64,000 nucleotides of DNA, from IMG/VR virus record IMGVR_UViG_2597490064_000001, positions 5,421-69,420 of that record; one strand, written 5' to 3'. The translations under genes and the position numbers were made by a program. The notes beneath the pieces were generated by a model that saw nothing but the letters and a program-made list of their open reading frames with translations, was not told where the DNA came from and searched no databases. This DNA comes from a virus (Duplodnaviria > Caudoviricetes). Positions 37,578 through 46,709 of the stretch are shown in pieces. Position 1 is the stretch's first letter; every line of letters begins with the position of its first letter.

Positions 37578-38162
37578 ATGACTACGGTAACAATCCAAGA
37601 AGAACGCAATACTATTGCTATCACTGAAGACAATAATAATATCAATGTAACCAGCAGCGATGTAAGCGTGCTACTCACTGCACCGGGCACACAGGGGCCA
37701 CCACGCAGCGCAGATTGTGGCGTCATTTATTTGAAGGCCAATACAATTACCACTCCCATTGATCAAACCAACGGAAGGGCTGTTGTTTCTGGGGCCATGC
37801 TTACTAGCTCATTGACTAATTTTGAAAAAGATGCCTTGACTAATTCTCTAAAGTACAAAGGAACCAATGGGCTTTTCCATGCCATTGCTACGTTTAATTT
37901 TTACTCAGGCAGCCAAGACACTTGTGGTTTTTATATTGGCGTTAATCGTGACGCATCTTCTCCATTAGATGCTGATGCTGATCGCATTTCTGAAAGTGAA
38001 ATCTATGTAAATGCTGGCACGCCATCAAATCAGCCCAAAAATGGCACCATTCAAACACTTGTGCAATTAACCACTGACGACAGAATCTTCTTCATTGTGC
38101 AAAATAAAACCAAGGCAGACGCCATCTTGGTGGAATTCATGAAGCTGATAGTCAAGAGCTGA
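37578..38162 (+). CDS. Putative structural protein (C1q/TNF-like beta C-terminus)
   Basis: PGTQGPP linker; LKYKG...TLVQL...DRIFFIVQN. Confidence 0.5.
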   Translation: MTTVTIQEERNTIAITEDNNNINVTSSDVSVLLTAPGTQGPPRSADCGVIYLKANTITTPIDQTNGRAVVSGAMLTSSLTNFEKDALTNSLKYKGTNGLFHAIATFNFYSGSQDTCGFYIGVNRDASSPLDADADRISESEIYVNAGTPSNQPKNGTIQTLVQLTTDDRIFFIVQNKTKADAILVEFMKLIVKS

Positions 38163-38221
38163 CTGGCGCATAGCTTTTGTATTTTTTTGTATTAACATGG
38201 AAGGATAAGCGCTTCATTACT

Positions 38222-38554
38222 ATGGCACAGAGAGTTATCAATGGAGAGCAATATGAAGCTCTCTTGATTCGCGGAGACCTTAATGGTGGTCCGGTGCCGG
38301 TGGCTTTCGCCAGTGGCGTGACAATTAGCGGCGTCACCATTGGCGCCGAAGTGGAAGTTACAAACGATAGTGGCAATCCTTTGCCAGTTGTACAAGGGCT
38401 TAGCATTCCTGAGCATGATTATATTGCCCTCACTTATAGTGGCTCCACTTTGACTGGCGTGGAATATAAGACTGGTGGCGCGGGCGGTACGACCGTTGGT
38501 AATCTTGCCTTAGCTTATAGTGGTTCCACTCTCCTTTCTGTTACCAAGAGCTGA
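38222..38554 (+). CDS. Putative structural protein
   Basis: EHDYIALTY...YKTGG.GG..V..L.LAY motif. Confidence 0.6.
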   Translation: MAQRVINGEQYEALLIRGDLNGGPVPVAFASGVTISGVTIGAEVEVTNDSGNPLPVVQGLSIPEHDYIALTYSGSTLTGVEYKTGGAGGTTVGNLALAYSGSTLLSVTKS

Positions 38555-38559
38555 GGATC

Positions 38560-39162
38560 ATGGGATATAAATTTAATCCATTTACTGGCAATTTTGATGC
38601 CACTGATAGCCCTAATGGAGAGTTTGAAAGCTTAGACGTTAGTGGTGATATTAATCTTGATGACGGCGGCACCTATGAAACCACCGTGCAGGTGGTCACG
38701 CCAACTGCTAACCGCACGATCAGCTTCCCGGATGCCACCGGCACCGTTGCATTAGTTGCTGGGTCTACTGGGCAAGTTACCTATAACGATGCAGGTGCTC
38801 AAGCTGGTGGCAACCTCAGTTACGACGCCACTGCTGGCACCTTTGGCTACGGCACTGGTCGTGGCACCGTTACACAAGAAACCAACAAAAGCACTGGCGT
38901 TACACTCAACGCTCCATGTGGTGCGATCACCATGAACGGTGAAGCCCTACCCGCAGATACAACAGTTAGCTTCACGCTCACTAATACCAGCATTGCAGCT
39001 ACTGATCTGCTGGTTCTTAATCACGTCTCCGGTGGTACGGCAGGCGCATACGTGCTTAACGCACAAGCTGCTGCTGGTTCCGCCAGCATCAACGTCCGCA
39101 ACATCACGGCAGGCTGGAAAAGTGAAGCCATCGTGATCGGCTTTGCCGTCATCAAATCCTAA
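38560..39162 (+). CDS. Putative fibre/structural protein (hyaluronidase-like trimeric C-terminus)
   Basis: YKFNPFTGNFD; PTANRTISFPDATGTV; VTQ.TNKSTGVTLN..CG.ITMN. Confidence 0.6.
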   Translation: MGYKFNPFTGNFDATDSPNGEFESLDVSGDINLDDGGTYETTVQVVTPTANRTISFPDATGTVALVAGSTGQVTYNDAGAQAGGNLSYDATAGTFGYGTGRGTVTQETNKSTGVTLNAPCGAITMNGEALPADTTVSFTLTNTSIAATDLLVLNHVSGGTAGAYVLNAQAAAGSASINVRNITAGWKSEAIVIGFAVIKS

Positions 39163-39175
39163 GGAGGTTCTTCTC

Positions 39176-39451
39176 ATGGCTCAATTTACGATTGACATTC
39201 CCGACGAACTGCTGCCTGCTCTGGTAGCTGAGTTCAGTCTTGTACAAGGCAGCACAACTGCTACCACACCTGAAGAGTATTTTGCTGCCAGCGTGGTGGA
39301 GACTGTTCGCCAACGGGCTGAGCTGTATAAGGTCGGTCCTTACTACGCCGGTCCTGTTGATCCCCAGTTCCAGGCAGACGGCAAGCCCTACGGCTGGGTG
39401 GCACCAGTCGTAGACAACGACACTACTGAGCCCGATGGAGGTGATGTATGA
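39176..39451 (+). CDS. Hypothetical protein
   Basis: SD AAGGAGG before ATG 39176. Confidence 0.65.
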   Translation: MAQFTIDIPDELLPALVAEFSLVQGSTTATTPEEYFAASVVETVRQRAELYKVGPYYAGPVDPQFQADGKPYGWVAPVVDNDTTEPDGGDV

Positions 39452-40335
39452 CGCTGCGATGGGTGCCTGGTTGGAACGGACTGACCGAACCTGAAGCAGT
39501 GTCTTATGTCGCTGCTGTGGAGGCAGCCGATGGACAGGAGCTGGAATTTGGTGTAGCCAAGGCGATCAATGATTTTGTCCTTGGCTGCAAAAATGATGGC
39601 ATCTGGGATGCAATTAAGGCGTGCAACATCCTGGCTGGAGCTAGGACGTTGAGTGGGGCGTTGGTACCGCTGGTGGGTGCTGCGCCGACTAACTACAACT
39701 TTGTTTCTGGTGATTACAACCGGGAGACTGGGCTAGTGGGGAATGGGAGCACGAAGTATTTGGATAGCAACAGGAACAACAATGCTGATCCGCAGGATAA
39801 CCGTCATTTAGCAGTATATGCGTCCACGCGGAGCACTGAAACATCAGTACAAGCATATATTAGGGCAACATTTACGGCCGGAATTGGCGCTACGCAAATT
39901 TTGTCGGGCGCTGTGGCGCAAAAAATCAGCAGCCGCTGTAGTAGTGATACTACTAATACAAGCAGCGGAAATTTGCACTCGTCTAACGGTTTTTTTGGGG
40001 CCTCCCGAAGCCTGTCCGCTTCATATGCTGTCAGAGGGAGTGGGATAAATGAAACAATTACTCAGGCCAGTATCGCGTTGGGAGATGGAGATTACTTTGT
40101 ATTTGCAGGGAACAATCTTGGTTCAGTTAGTATTGATCTCTACTCAGACGCCCGCCTAGCCTTCTACTCCATCGGCGAATCCCTAGACCTCGCCGCCCTT
40201 GACACCCGTGTCACACGCCTTATGAACCTCATTACCTATACACAAACCGCAGGTCTTCCCGATCTTTCTACGATGGACATGGATGCAGCAGCATACATTG
40301 GTGGCGCGTATCGTGCTGGAGGTACATTGTCATGA
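39448..40335 (+). CDS. LamG/ConA-like variable cassette protein 1
   Basis: Paralog of the next gene with conserved ends (PTNYNFVSGDY.RETGL; FYSIGESLDLA). Confidence 0.6.
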   Translation: MTLRWVPGWNGLTEPEAVSYVAAVEAADGQELEFGVAKAINDFVLGCKNDGIWDAIKACNILAGARTLSGALVPLVGAAPTNYNFVSGDYNRETGLVGNGSTKYLDSNRNNNADPQDNRHLAVYASTRSTETSVQAYIRATFTAGIGATQILSGAVAQKISSRCSSDTTNTSSGNLHSSNGFFGASRSLSASYAVRGSGINETITQASIALGDGDYFVFAGNNLGSVSIDLYSDARLAFYSIGESLDLAALDTRVTRLMNLITYTQTAGLPDLSTMDMDAAAYIGGAYRAGGTLS

Positions 40336-40996
40336 CACAAGCAATAGATCTTGCAAACGCAATCAACGGTTTTGTTGTTGGTTGTAAACAAGATGGCATC
40401 TGGGATCCCATCAAAGCATGTTGCATCATGGCAGCGTGGGATGGACTAAATGGTGCGTTGTATCCGTTGAAGGGAACTGCGCCGACTAACTACAACTTTG
40501 TCTCTGGGGATTATGACCGAGAGACGGGGTTAAAGGGTGATGCCAGTACGAAGTATCTAAACTCAAACAGAGCCGGGAACGCAGATCCGCAAGATAGCTT
40601 TAGCTTAACCACTTATCTGACCGAAATTCACACCGATACTTCCAATGCTGGGGTGTACATTGGCAACGGCGGTACAGGGACGGGCGCATCAAATCTTTAT
40701 AGGGGCAGACTTTCCAACATTCTTGTTGAACACGGAGGAAGATGCAGAGCTAGTACAAACAGCGGCAATCAAGGCGCCAATCCTCCCGCAACAGGACTTT
40801 TTGGCGTCAGTCGCAGCGCAAGCAGTTCTTATACATTGCGCACTGGAGCCACGAACTACATCTTGAATACGGCTTCAGAAATACCGGCAACTGGAGACTT
40901 CTTTGTATTTGCAAGGGAAGACGGAGCTGGCTCATCTTCTTTCCCAACCAACGCCCGCATTTCCTTCTACAGCATCGGCGAATCCCTAGACCTCGC
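39680..40996 (+). repeat. Shared homology arms of paralogous cassettes
   Basis: 25-nt identical copies at 39680-39704 and 40477-40501; 24-nt identical copies at 40170-40193 and 40973-40996. Confidence 0.85.
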
Positions 40997-41054
40997 TCTT
41001 TTTGACACCCGCGTGTCTAACCTAATCACAGCTATCGGAGCAGCTATACCATGA
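40332..41054 (+). CDS. LamG/ConA-like variable cassette protein 2
   Basis: Paralog of 39448 with a divergent middle. Confidence 0.6.
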   Translation: MTQAIDLANAINGFVVGCKQDGIWDPIKACCIMAAWDGLNGALYPLKGTAPTNYNFVSGDYDRETGLKGDASTKYLNSNRAGNADPQDSFSLTTYLTEIHTDTSNAGVYIGNGGTGTGASNLYRGRLSNILVEHGGRCRASTNSGNQGANPPATGLFGVSRSASSSYTLRTGATNYILNTASEIPATGDFFVFAREDGAGSSSFPTNARISFYSIGESLDLALFDTRVSNLITAIGAAIP

Positions 41055-41100
41055 GAACCCTCGAAAATTCCAACACTACTGCTGCTGGGGAGGTGATGTC

Positions 41101-41949
41101 ATGAGCCCGATTTATGTGCCGGGGAAGGTGGTGCTGCAGAAGCAGTTTACGGCGCAGGGCTATATGTACGATTTTCCTGCCCAGTACAATCTATGGACCC
41201 CTGCAGAGATCACTACTGCATTGTGGCTGGATGCGGCTGACACCAGTACGGTGACGACAGTGAACGGAGCTGTTAGCCAGTGGAATGATAAAAGTGGCAA
41301 CGGTAGAAATGCAGCCCAAGGGACTTCCAGTAGCCGCCCTACTTATACCACAAACGCTCTAAACAATAAAAGCGTTTTGACGCTCGATGGCACTGACGAC
41401 TTTATGACGGTGGCACACGCCAATGCTCTTAATGCACAAATCGCACCTAGCACAGTTGCTGCTATTTACAAAAAGAGCGGCGGTTTCAGGGTAATGCAGA
41501 AAGGAGATGGCGCTGGGCTCGATGACCCTGATTACTACTTTAATGACAACAGCCTCTTATCTATAGCCGGAGGAAGAGCATCTAATTATTCCGCAAATCA
41601 GGATTTATGGTTGATTGATATTGCGACATGGGACGGCAGTACAATTAAACATTACCGTGACGGGACAAAGTTAGTCGCGTCAACCGTTGCGGGCGCCACT
41701 ATTGTTGATGGCGAAGTTGATCCAGATAATACCCCGCTAGCTAATACTGATGGTTTGTACATTGGTAAGCGTAACTCAGGATCTAATGAAGGAAATATGA
41801 CTGGCCAAATTGCCGGAATAATCATTTGCGATTCTGTTTTGTCCACCTTAGATCGACAAAGACTTGAGGGTTATTACGCCCACCTGTTTGGTTTAACCGC
41901 AAACCTCCCCAGCGACCATCCATACAAACTTGTAGCACCGACGCCATGA
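41101..41949 (+). CDS. LamG-like cassette protein 3
   Basis: LWLDAAD...VSQWNDKSGNGR...RQRLEGY..H.FGL...LP.DHPYK. Confidence 0.65.
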   Translation: MSPIYVPGKVVLQKQFTAQGYMYDFPAQYNLWTPAEITTALWLDAADTSTVTTVNGAVSQWNDKSGNGRNAAQGTSSSRPTYTTNALNNKSVLTLDGTDDFMTVAHANALNAQIAPSTVAAIYKKSGGFRVMQKGDGAGLDDPDYYFNDNSLLSIAGGRASNYSANQDLWLIDIATWDGSTIKHYRDGTKLVASTVAGATIVDGEVDPDNTPLANTDGLYIGKRNSGSNEGNMTGQIAGIIICDSVLSTLDRQRLEGYYAHLFGLTANLPSDHPYKLVAPTP

Positions 41950-41992
41950 CTTACCCTTTAGTCACTGCCACTAATCAAACGGAGGTGTTGCG

Positions 41993-42856
41993 ATGAGCTG
42001 GACTATTACAGGACAGGAAGCAGGTTCTTTGGGACTGCTGGATCAATACGGTGGCGCTGCATCTGCCTATAGCCTTCGCAACCTGAGCCTCTACCACACC
42101 GATCCTGTCGTCCGCGTCCGCCGCGATAACGACAACGCCGAGCAGGACTTTACCGCCGCCGAAGTTAGCGACGGAACGCTGGCTGCGTGGGTCGGTGCTG
42201 GAAATGACGGCTTTGTGCGGACTTGGTACGACCAGAGTGGGAATGGAAATAACGCGCAGCAGGCGATTGCCGCGCGTCAGCCGAAGATTGTGGACAACGG
42301 GGCGCTCGTCGCCGAGGGTGGGAAGACGGCAATTGATTTTGATGGCAGTGATGATGGCTTAGATACAGCCACAACCGTTGCAAACGCTGGAGATACTACA
42401 GTGTTTGTAATATCAAAAGCAGATGAATCGGAAGATGCATTTAGATTCGTGGCTGGTCAATGGTTGGGCGGCAGCACACGGAAATGGAACCTTATTTATT
42501 CTTCATCATTTTTTACGCAAGACAGTTTGTATTTCGGAACAAATGATGGAACGAATAATAACACCCCATCAATTACAGGTAACAATGATAGCTTGGTGCA
42601 AAAACTATCAACTGGCATAGCTAAAAGCACATCAACGGAACTTTTTGTAAATCAAGTATCTGCCGGTGTGCAATCTTGTAGTGCTTTAGAATCTACGGCC
42701 ACAAAACTATTTATTGGTTATCAGTTTAACCCACCGAGCGCATATGGTTCATTTATGGATGGTAAAATCCAAGAAGTCATTGTCTACTCCTCCGACCAAT
42801 CCGCCAATCGCATTGCCATCGAAGCCAACATCAACGCCCACTACAACATCTTCTAG
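41993..42856 (+). CDS. LamG/arabinofuranosidase-B-like cassette protein 4
   Basis: AYSLR...VRVRR..DN.EQD...FVRTWYDQSGNGN...IEANIN.HY. Confidence 0.65.
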   Translation: MSWTITGQEAGSLGLLDQYGGAASAYSLRNLSLYHTDPVVRVRRDNDNAEQDFTAAEVSDGTLAAWVGAGNDGFVRTWYDQSGNGNNAQQAIAARQPKIVDNGALVAEGGKTAIDFDGSDDGLDTATTVANAGDTTVFVISKADESEDAFRFVAGQWLGGSTRKWNLIYSSSFFTQDSLYFGTNDGTNNNTPSITGNNDSLVQKLSTGIAKSTSTELFVNQVSAGVQSCSALESTATKLFIGYQFNPPSAYGSFMDGKIQEVIVYSSDQSANRIAIEANINAHYNIF

Positions 42857-42921
42857 CCGCCCTCCTAGTGTCCTTTCTAATGCGGCCTTGCTAGAGCAAT
42901 CATCGTAATCGCGCTGTTACG

Positions 42922-43497
42922 ATGACTTTCTTGGATACGATTAAGGATAAAGCCTCACGTTTGTACGTTGAATCGCTGCCGACCAAACAGGCTCGGCACG
43001 TTCAATGGCGAAGGACTCAGCGCACACCTTGCCCGATTTTGGCTTGGTGTTCTGGCTGCCATCAATACCATCCCATCACAAACTTCTATCCACTTAAAGG
43101 CAAAAGCACGCACGGACGCAAAACAATATTAAAAGAACAACGCAATTCCACTTGCAAACATTGCCATGCACAGCGTTTTCAAGATACAAACTACGCCAAA
43201 AAGCTTTTATACGCTGCAAAACGCAGAGCTGTCACGCGAGAGATTGAATTTGATTTGACGGTTGAGGATATTATTATTCCAGAATATTGTCCAGTGCTTG
43301 GTTTAAAATTGCAGCCGGTACAAGGCATAACTGGCAGAGATTCATCGCCCAGTCTTGACCGCATTGACAATTCCAAGGGCTATGTCAAGGGCAATGTTGC
43401 AGTTATTTCGTTCAGGGCGAACACTTTAAAGAATAACGCCACGGCGAATGAGCTGCGTGCAGTGGCTGACTTCATGGACAAGATGCTTTCCAACTAG
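42922..43497 (+). CDS. His-Me finger (HNH-like) endonuclease
   Basis: CxxC pairs; CPVLG...SPSLDRIDNSKGYVKGNV.VIS.RAN..K. Confidence 0.8.
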   Translation: MTFLDTIKDKASRLYVESLPTKQARHVQWRRTQRTPCPILAWCSGCHQYHPITNFYPLKGKSTHGRKTILKEQRNSTCKHCHAQRFQDTNYAKKLLYAAKRRAVTREIEFDLTVEDIIIPEYCPVLGLKLQPVQGITGRDSSPSLDRIDNSKGYVKGNVAVISFRANTLKNNATANELRAVADFMDKMLSN

Positions 43498-43527
43498 GGC
43501 TATGATGCGGGCAGTTTCACGCCTCTC

Positions 43528-43737
43528 ATGGACTCCTTCAAGGACCAATGGTATCAGCAGCAGGTGGATCACATCTCTGATGCTCTTCAAGAGCTTCTCA
43601 CTGACGACGACCCATCCATCGCCATCAAAGGACTAAGCGATGCCATTGCTAGCTGGGAAGACTATCACAAAAAAGAACTGGCCAAATGGAAGCGCTTTAG
43701 GGCGCTTTTGAACCCGGAAGCTGGTACGGGGTCTTGA
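43528..43737 (+). CDS. Hypothetical protein
   Basis: 69 aa, helical. Confidence 0.55.
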   Translation: MDSFKDQWYQQQVDHISDALQELLTDDDPSIAIKGLSDAIASWEDYHKKELAKWKRFRALLNPEAGTGS

Positions 43738-44119
43738 GCTGATAAGTCAGCCGCAGTTCCCCTCCTAATGCCTTTACAGCCTCGCTAGCGTCTGCTGGTG
43801 GGGCTGTTTCAATGAGGACTGATGGAACTGTTGCGTGGGGCAGTGGCGTTACTTTTGATGATGGGAATAGCTCTTGGGCTTTGTGAGCAAGTTTTTCCGC
43901 CACGGCGACGCGATGTTCTTCTTCCCATTGTTCCACGAGAGAAGCCGTTTGTTTATCAACGGCTTCCATGACAATTTTAGTTTTCCATTCGGTCCAATCT
44001 GGACGGCAATGTTCCATGAGTCGTTTAAACCATGGAGAGAAAGCAAGAGAGGGCCATCTTGTGACGGCCCAAAGTCCTGCTTCATAGCAGAGAGCATTAA
44101 ACCAGCTTTCGCGGCTCAT
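43697..44119 (-). CDS. Hypothetical lysis-module protein
   Basis: ATGA-coupled downstream of the endolysin. Confidence 0.55.
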   Translation of the reverse strand: MSRESWFNALCYEAGLWAVTRWPSLAFSPWFKRLMEHCRPDWTEWKTKIVMEAVDKQTASLVEQWEEEHRVAVAEKLAHKAQELFPSSKVTPLPHATVPSVLIETAPPADASEAVKALGGELRLTYQLKTPYQLPGSKAP

Positions 44120-45060
44120 CCTTCTTGCCAGACTGAAATATATACTGTGCCTTGTTTTGTCAAGGGCAGCACTTTATCGCGAAGGTCAATATTAAAAGCC
44201 CTGACGCAACCATGAGTGGGGACAAGCTTTTGCTTGGGAGCCCATGCGCCCGGCCATCCATTTGCCGAGCCCCCACCATGCAGCATAATTCCCGCTCTTC
44301 CATTGTTCTTCTCTTGACCTTCTAGATCAATCATGTCAAAGCTGTACCAACCGTATGCCATTAATGTTCGATTGAAAGGGGGATTCGGTCCGTCACTTTC
44401 ATAATCTTTGTAAATGGCGCCGATTTTGTACAGACCAGGCGGCGTATCAGAATTAGTGATTTTCCATTCAAAATCACTGTACTGCCCGCGAGCAAGGCAA
44501 GGAATTTCCCACAACAGCTTTCCTTCATAGGAAAAAGCTTTCATGGTCTCCACTGCATCGTTTACGACTAAATGCGAGTCGCCAGGTTTAAAACCAAAAT
44601 CATGCGGACGTTTCTTGGGACCAATCATGGTAATTTTTGTAGATTCAGGAGCATACTCTTTCATGAGCTTTGAAAGCTTTGCCGGATAATCAGGATCCGT
44701 TGCATAGCTTTGTTCCTTGAGCATGCGTGCCGCCGCATAGCGATTAGGCGCATTGTTGACGCCTTTGAAATGCCGATAGTCTTTATACCAGCGCGTGACA
44801 AGATATTCAATACATGCAGCAAGGCTAGGGAAATCAATGAATCCCGCCTTGATCGTCACCCATTGACCGTCGTACCATTCCTGAGTGGTAGTAGTTGTAC
44901 CACCACCTTTCAGACCTAGGTAATTATGTTTGCCCGAAGTGTGCTTGCCAAATCCGCTCTCTAGGCAACATTGAGCTGCAGCTAGTTCAGGAAATTTGGC
45001 GCCACACCTGCGAGCAATCTGGAAGCATTCGTCCCAGAATGCTCGGTTACTGGGCCACAT
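44116..45060 (-). CDS. Endolysin: GH73-like glucosaminidase plus YkuD L,D-transpeptidase-like domain
   Basis: AAQCCLESGFG...NYLGLKG...YATDPDY; C-terminal DTPPGLY...IMLHGGGS...THGCVR. Confidence 0.85.
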   Translation of the reverse strand: MWPSNRAFWDECFQIARRCGAKFPELAAAQCCLESGFGKHTSGKHNYLGLKGGGTTTTTQEWYDGQWVTIKAGFIDFPSLAACIEYLVTRWYKDYRHFKGVNNAPNRYAAARMLKEQSYATDPDYPAKLSKLMKEYAPESTKITMIGPKKRPHDFGFKPGDSHLVVNDAVETMKAFSYEGKLLWEIPCLARGQYSDFEWKITNSDTPPGLYKIGAIYKDYESDGPNPPFNRTLMAYGWYSFDMIDLEGQEKNNGRAGIMLHGGGSANGWPGAWAPKQKLVPTHGCVRAFNIDLRDKVLPLTKQGTVYISVWQEG

Positions 45061-45064
45061 GGCC

Positions 45065-45208
45065 TCAACCCTTCACGCGGAAGATTGCCTTCAGGCCTGT
45101 CATGACAAGCTGAAGCACGTTGTTCTCCTTGTAGGGAGTGCGCTCAATAATTTGGTCAGCAGCGGCAACCAAGATGCCACCAATTACGAACCACTCAATA
45201 CCACCCAT
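45065..45208 (-). CDS. Small membrane protein (holin candidate)
   Basis: Below the track cutoff: MGGIEWFVIGGILVAAADQIIERTPYKENNVLQLVMTGLKAIFRVKG; directly upstream of the endolysin. Confidence 0.65.
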   Translation of the reverse strand: MGGIEWFVIGGILVAAADQIIERTPYKENNVLQLVMTGLKAIFRVKG

Positions 45209-45237
45209 GGGAATTCTCCGAGAGAGTTTCCTTTAGC

Positions 45238-45438
45238 CTAGCGACGAATTTCTAAGCTTCTCACCCGTGCTTCTAACTGTTGCACGTTCTCGGTGAGAGT
45301 GTCGAGATTTTTTGTTATTGCTTCAACTTGCGTCGTAATGCGAATTTGTTGATTGCCCACGGCAATCATCATACCGCCAGATGCCAATAGCATGCCAGCA
45401 GTGACCGTCGCCACAAAGTTTGCCAAGCCTTCTTTCAC
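45238..45438 (-). CDS. TM plus coiled-coil lysis-associated protein
   Basis: N-terminal hydrophobic helix and heptad C-terminus. Confidence 0.6.
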   Translation of the reverse strand: MKEGLANFVATVTAGMLLASGGMMIAVGNQQIRITTQVEAITKNLDTLTENVQQLEARVRSLEIRR

Positions 45439-45530
45439 TGCTCGCTTTGCGGCATTTTTCTAAATCATAGCACTGTCTCAGTGTTCAAATTCAGACGATA
45501 GATTAGTGTCAGCCAACTGAAGATAACGTC

Positions 45531-46037
45531 ATGTTTGTGGCGTATGAGCCCGATGATTACATCACTGGCCTCATTGAATTGCGTAAGTCGGACGCCACAC
45601 GACGCTTTAGGAAATCTATCTTCGACGACTATCCGCTTCGCGGCCCGCTAGGGCAGTCCGCGTGCGCTTATTGCGGGCGATGGAATGAGAAACTGACCAT
45701 CGACCACATTGTTCCTAAGAGTAAGGGCGGCCCTCACTTCGCCCGTTGGAACATGGTGCCCGCTTGCAAACGGTGCAACCTTGCCAAGACTGATTTGCCA
45801 GTGTTTGAATGGTGGCGGCCAACGGATCAATGGTCGCAGCAGCGAGAGGAAGTGCTGATGGCCTGGACCTACGCCAACAGTTTCATCGATGCCCACACTG
45901 ACAGTGATGAATACTGGCGGTTCCTGGCTGAGAAGCGGGTGGTGCAGAAGGAAATAATGCGTCGCATAAGAAAAGGGCCATTTCGTGGCCCTTTTTCTTT
46001 AGCCGATTTGGGAGACGTTGGCTGGGCTGCTGCTTAG
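45531..46037 (+). CDS. HNH endonuclease (McrA-like)
   Basis: CAYCG...LTIDHIVPKSKGG...NMVPACKRCN..K. Confidence 0.88.
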   Translation: MFVAYEPDDYITGLIELRKSDATRRFRKSIFDDYPLRGPLGQSACAYCGRWNEKLTIDHIVPKSKGGPHFARWNMVPACKRCNLAKTDLPVFEWWRPTDQWSQQREEVLMAWTYANSFIDAHTDSDEYWRFLAEKRVVQKEIMRRIRKGPFRGPFSLADLGDVGWAAA

Positions 46038-46170
46038 TCGTAGCAATTGGATTTTGCGTTCTTCGACAAGGTGTGCGGAGGATACGCAACTTTTTAAGCC
46101 AAGCGATGGGAAGCTCACCTCATACACCTCTTGGTCGTGGCAATCCACGTAGAAGCGCACCTCGGCATCG

Positions 46171-46410
46171 TCAGGAGACATTTTTGATGGCCTCCAGTGT
46201 CAAGTCGATTTGCTCGATCTGCCGTTGAGGCCAATCACGGGTTTCCTTCAAGCCTTGCACCACATCAGCCAGGAAAGCCTCTGCCCCGCTGAATTCACCA
46301 TCGTCACAGAGATACTCTGAAATGGTGTCCAGCAGGCGCTCGTAGCGTTGCGTGCGCCATTGCGTGTGCCAGGATTCATCCAGGATGGATGGAGCGTGTT
46401 CAATCGTCAT
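46171..46410 (-). CDS. Hypothetical protein
   Basis: ATG 46410 overlapping the upstream gene. Confidence 0.5.
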   Translation of the reverse strand: MTIEHAPSILDESWHTQWRTQRYERLLDTISEYLCDDGEFSGAEAFLADVVQGLKETRDWPQRQIEQIDLTLEAIKNVS

Positions 46411-46690
46411 AGCGGACGTTAGGAGCAGAGGGACCGAGGGCTTCGCACACTTCTTGGATGGCGTCGCATTGGATAAGGCGGTCAATGTACCAGCGAGCCT
46501 TTTTTACGTCTTCGATTCCGCCTTTCTTTTCATATCGCCAGAGATAAGCCATGGCGGTCAGTTTTAGATGAGCGCGAAATCCTTCGGATGAGGAACAAGC
46601 CTCCAATGCTTCAATGCACTCAATAGCGCCGTCTTTGTAATGAGAAGGATTGATGGGATCGTCCATGCTTGGCTTAGAAGGGGGAGTCAT
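46400..46690 (-). CDS. DUF3310 (T7 gp1.7-like nucleotide kinase domain) protein
   Basis: DPINPSHY...IECIEA...YLWRYEKKGG.ED.KKARWY. Confidence 0.85.
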   Translation of the reverse strand: MTPPSKPSMDDPINPSHYKDGAIECIEALEACSSSEGFRAHLKLTAMAYLWRYEKKGGIEDVKKARWYIDRLIQCDAIQEVCEALGPSAPNVRYDD

Positions 46691-46709
46691 TGGTCTTGAA
46701 GGCTGCGAA

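Noticed and set aside
39448-41054. Diversity-generating retroelement TR/VR pair
   Set aside because: Both copies lie inside coding paralogs, differences are not adenine-specific, and no reverse transcriptase is in the window.
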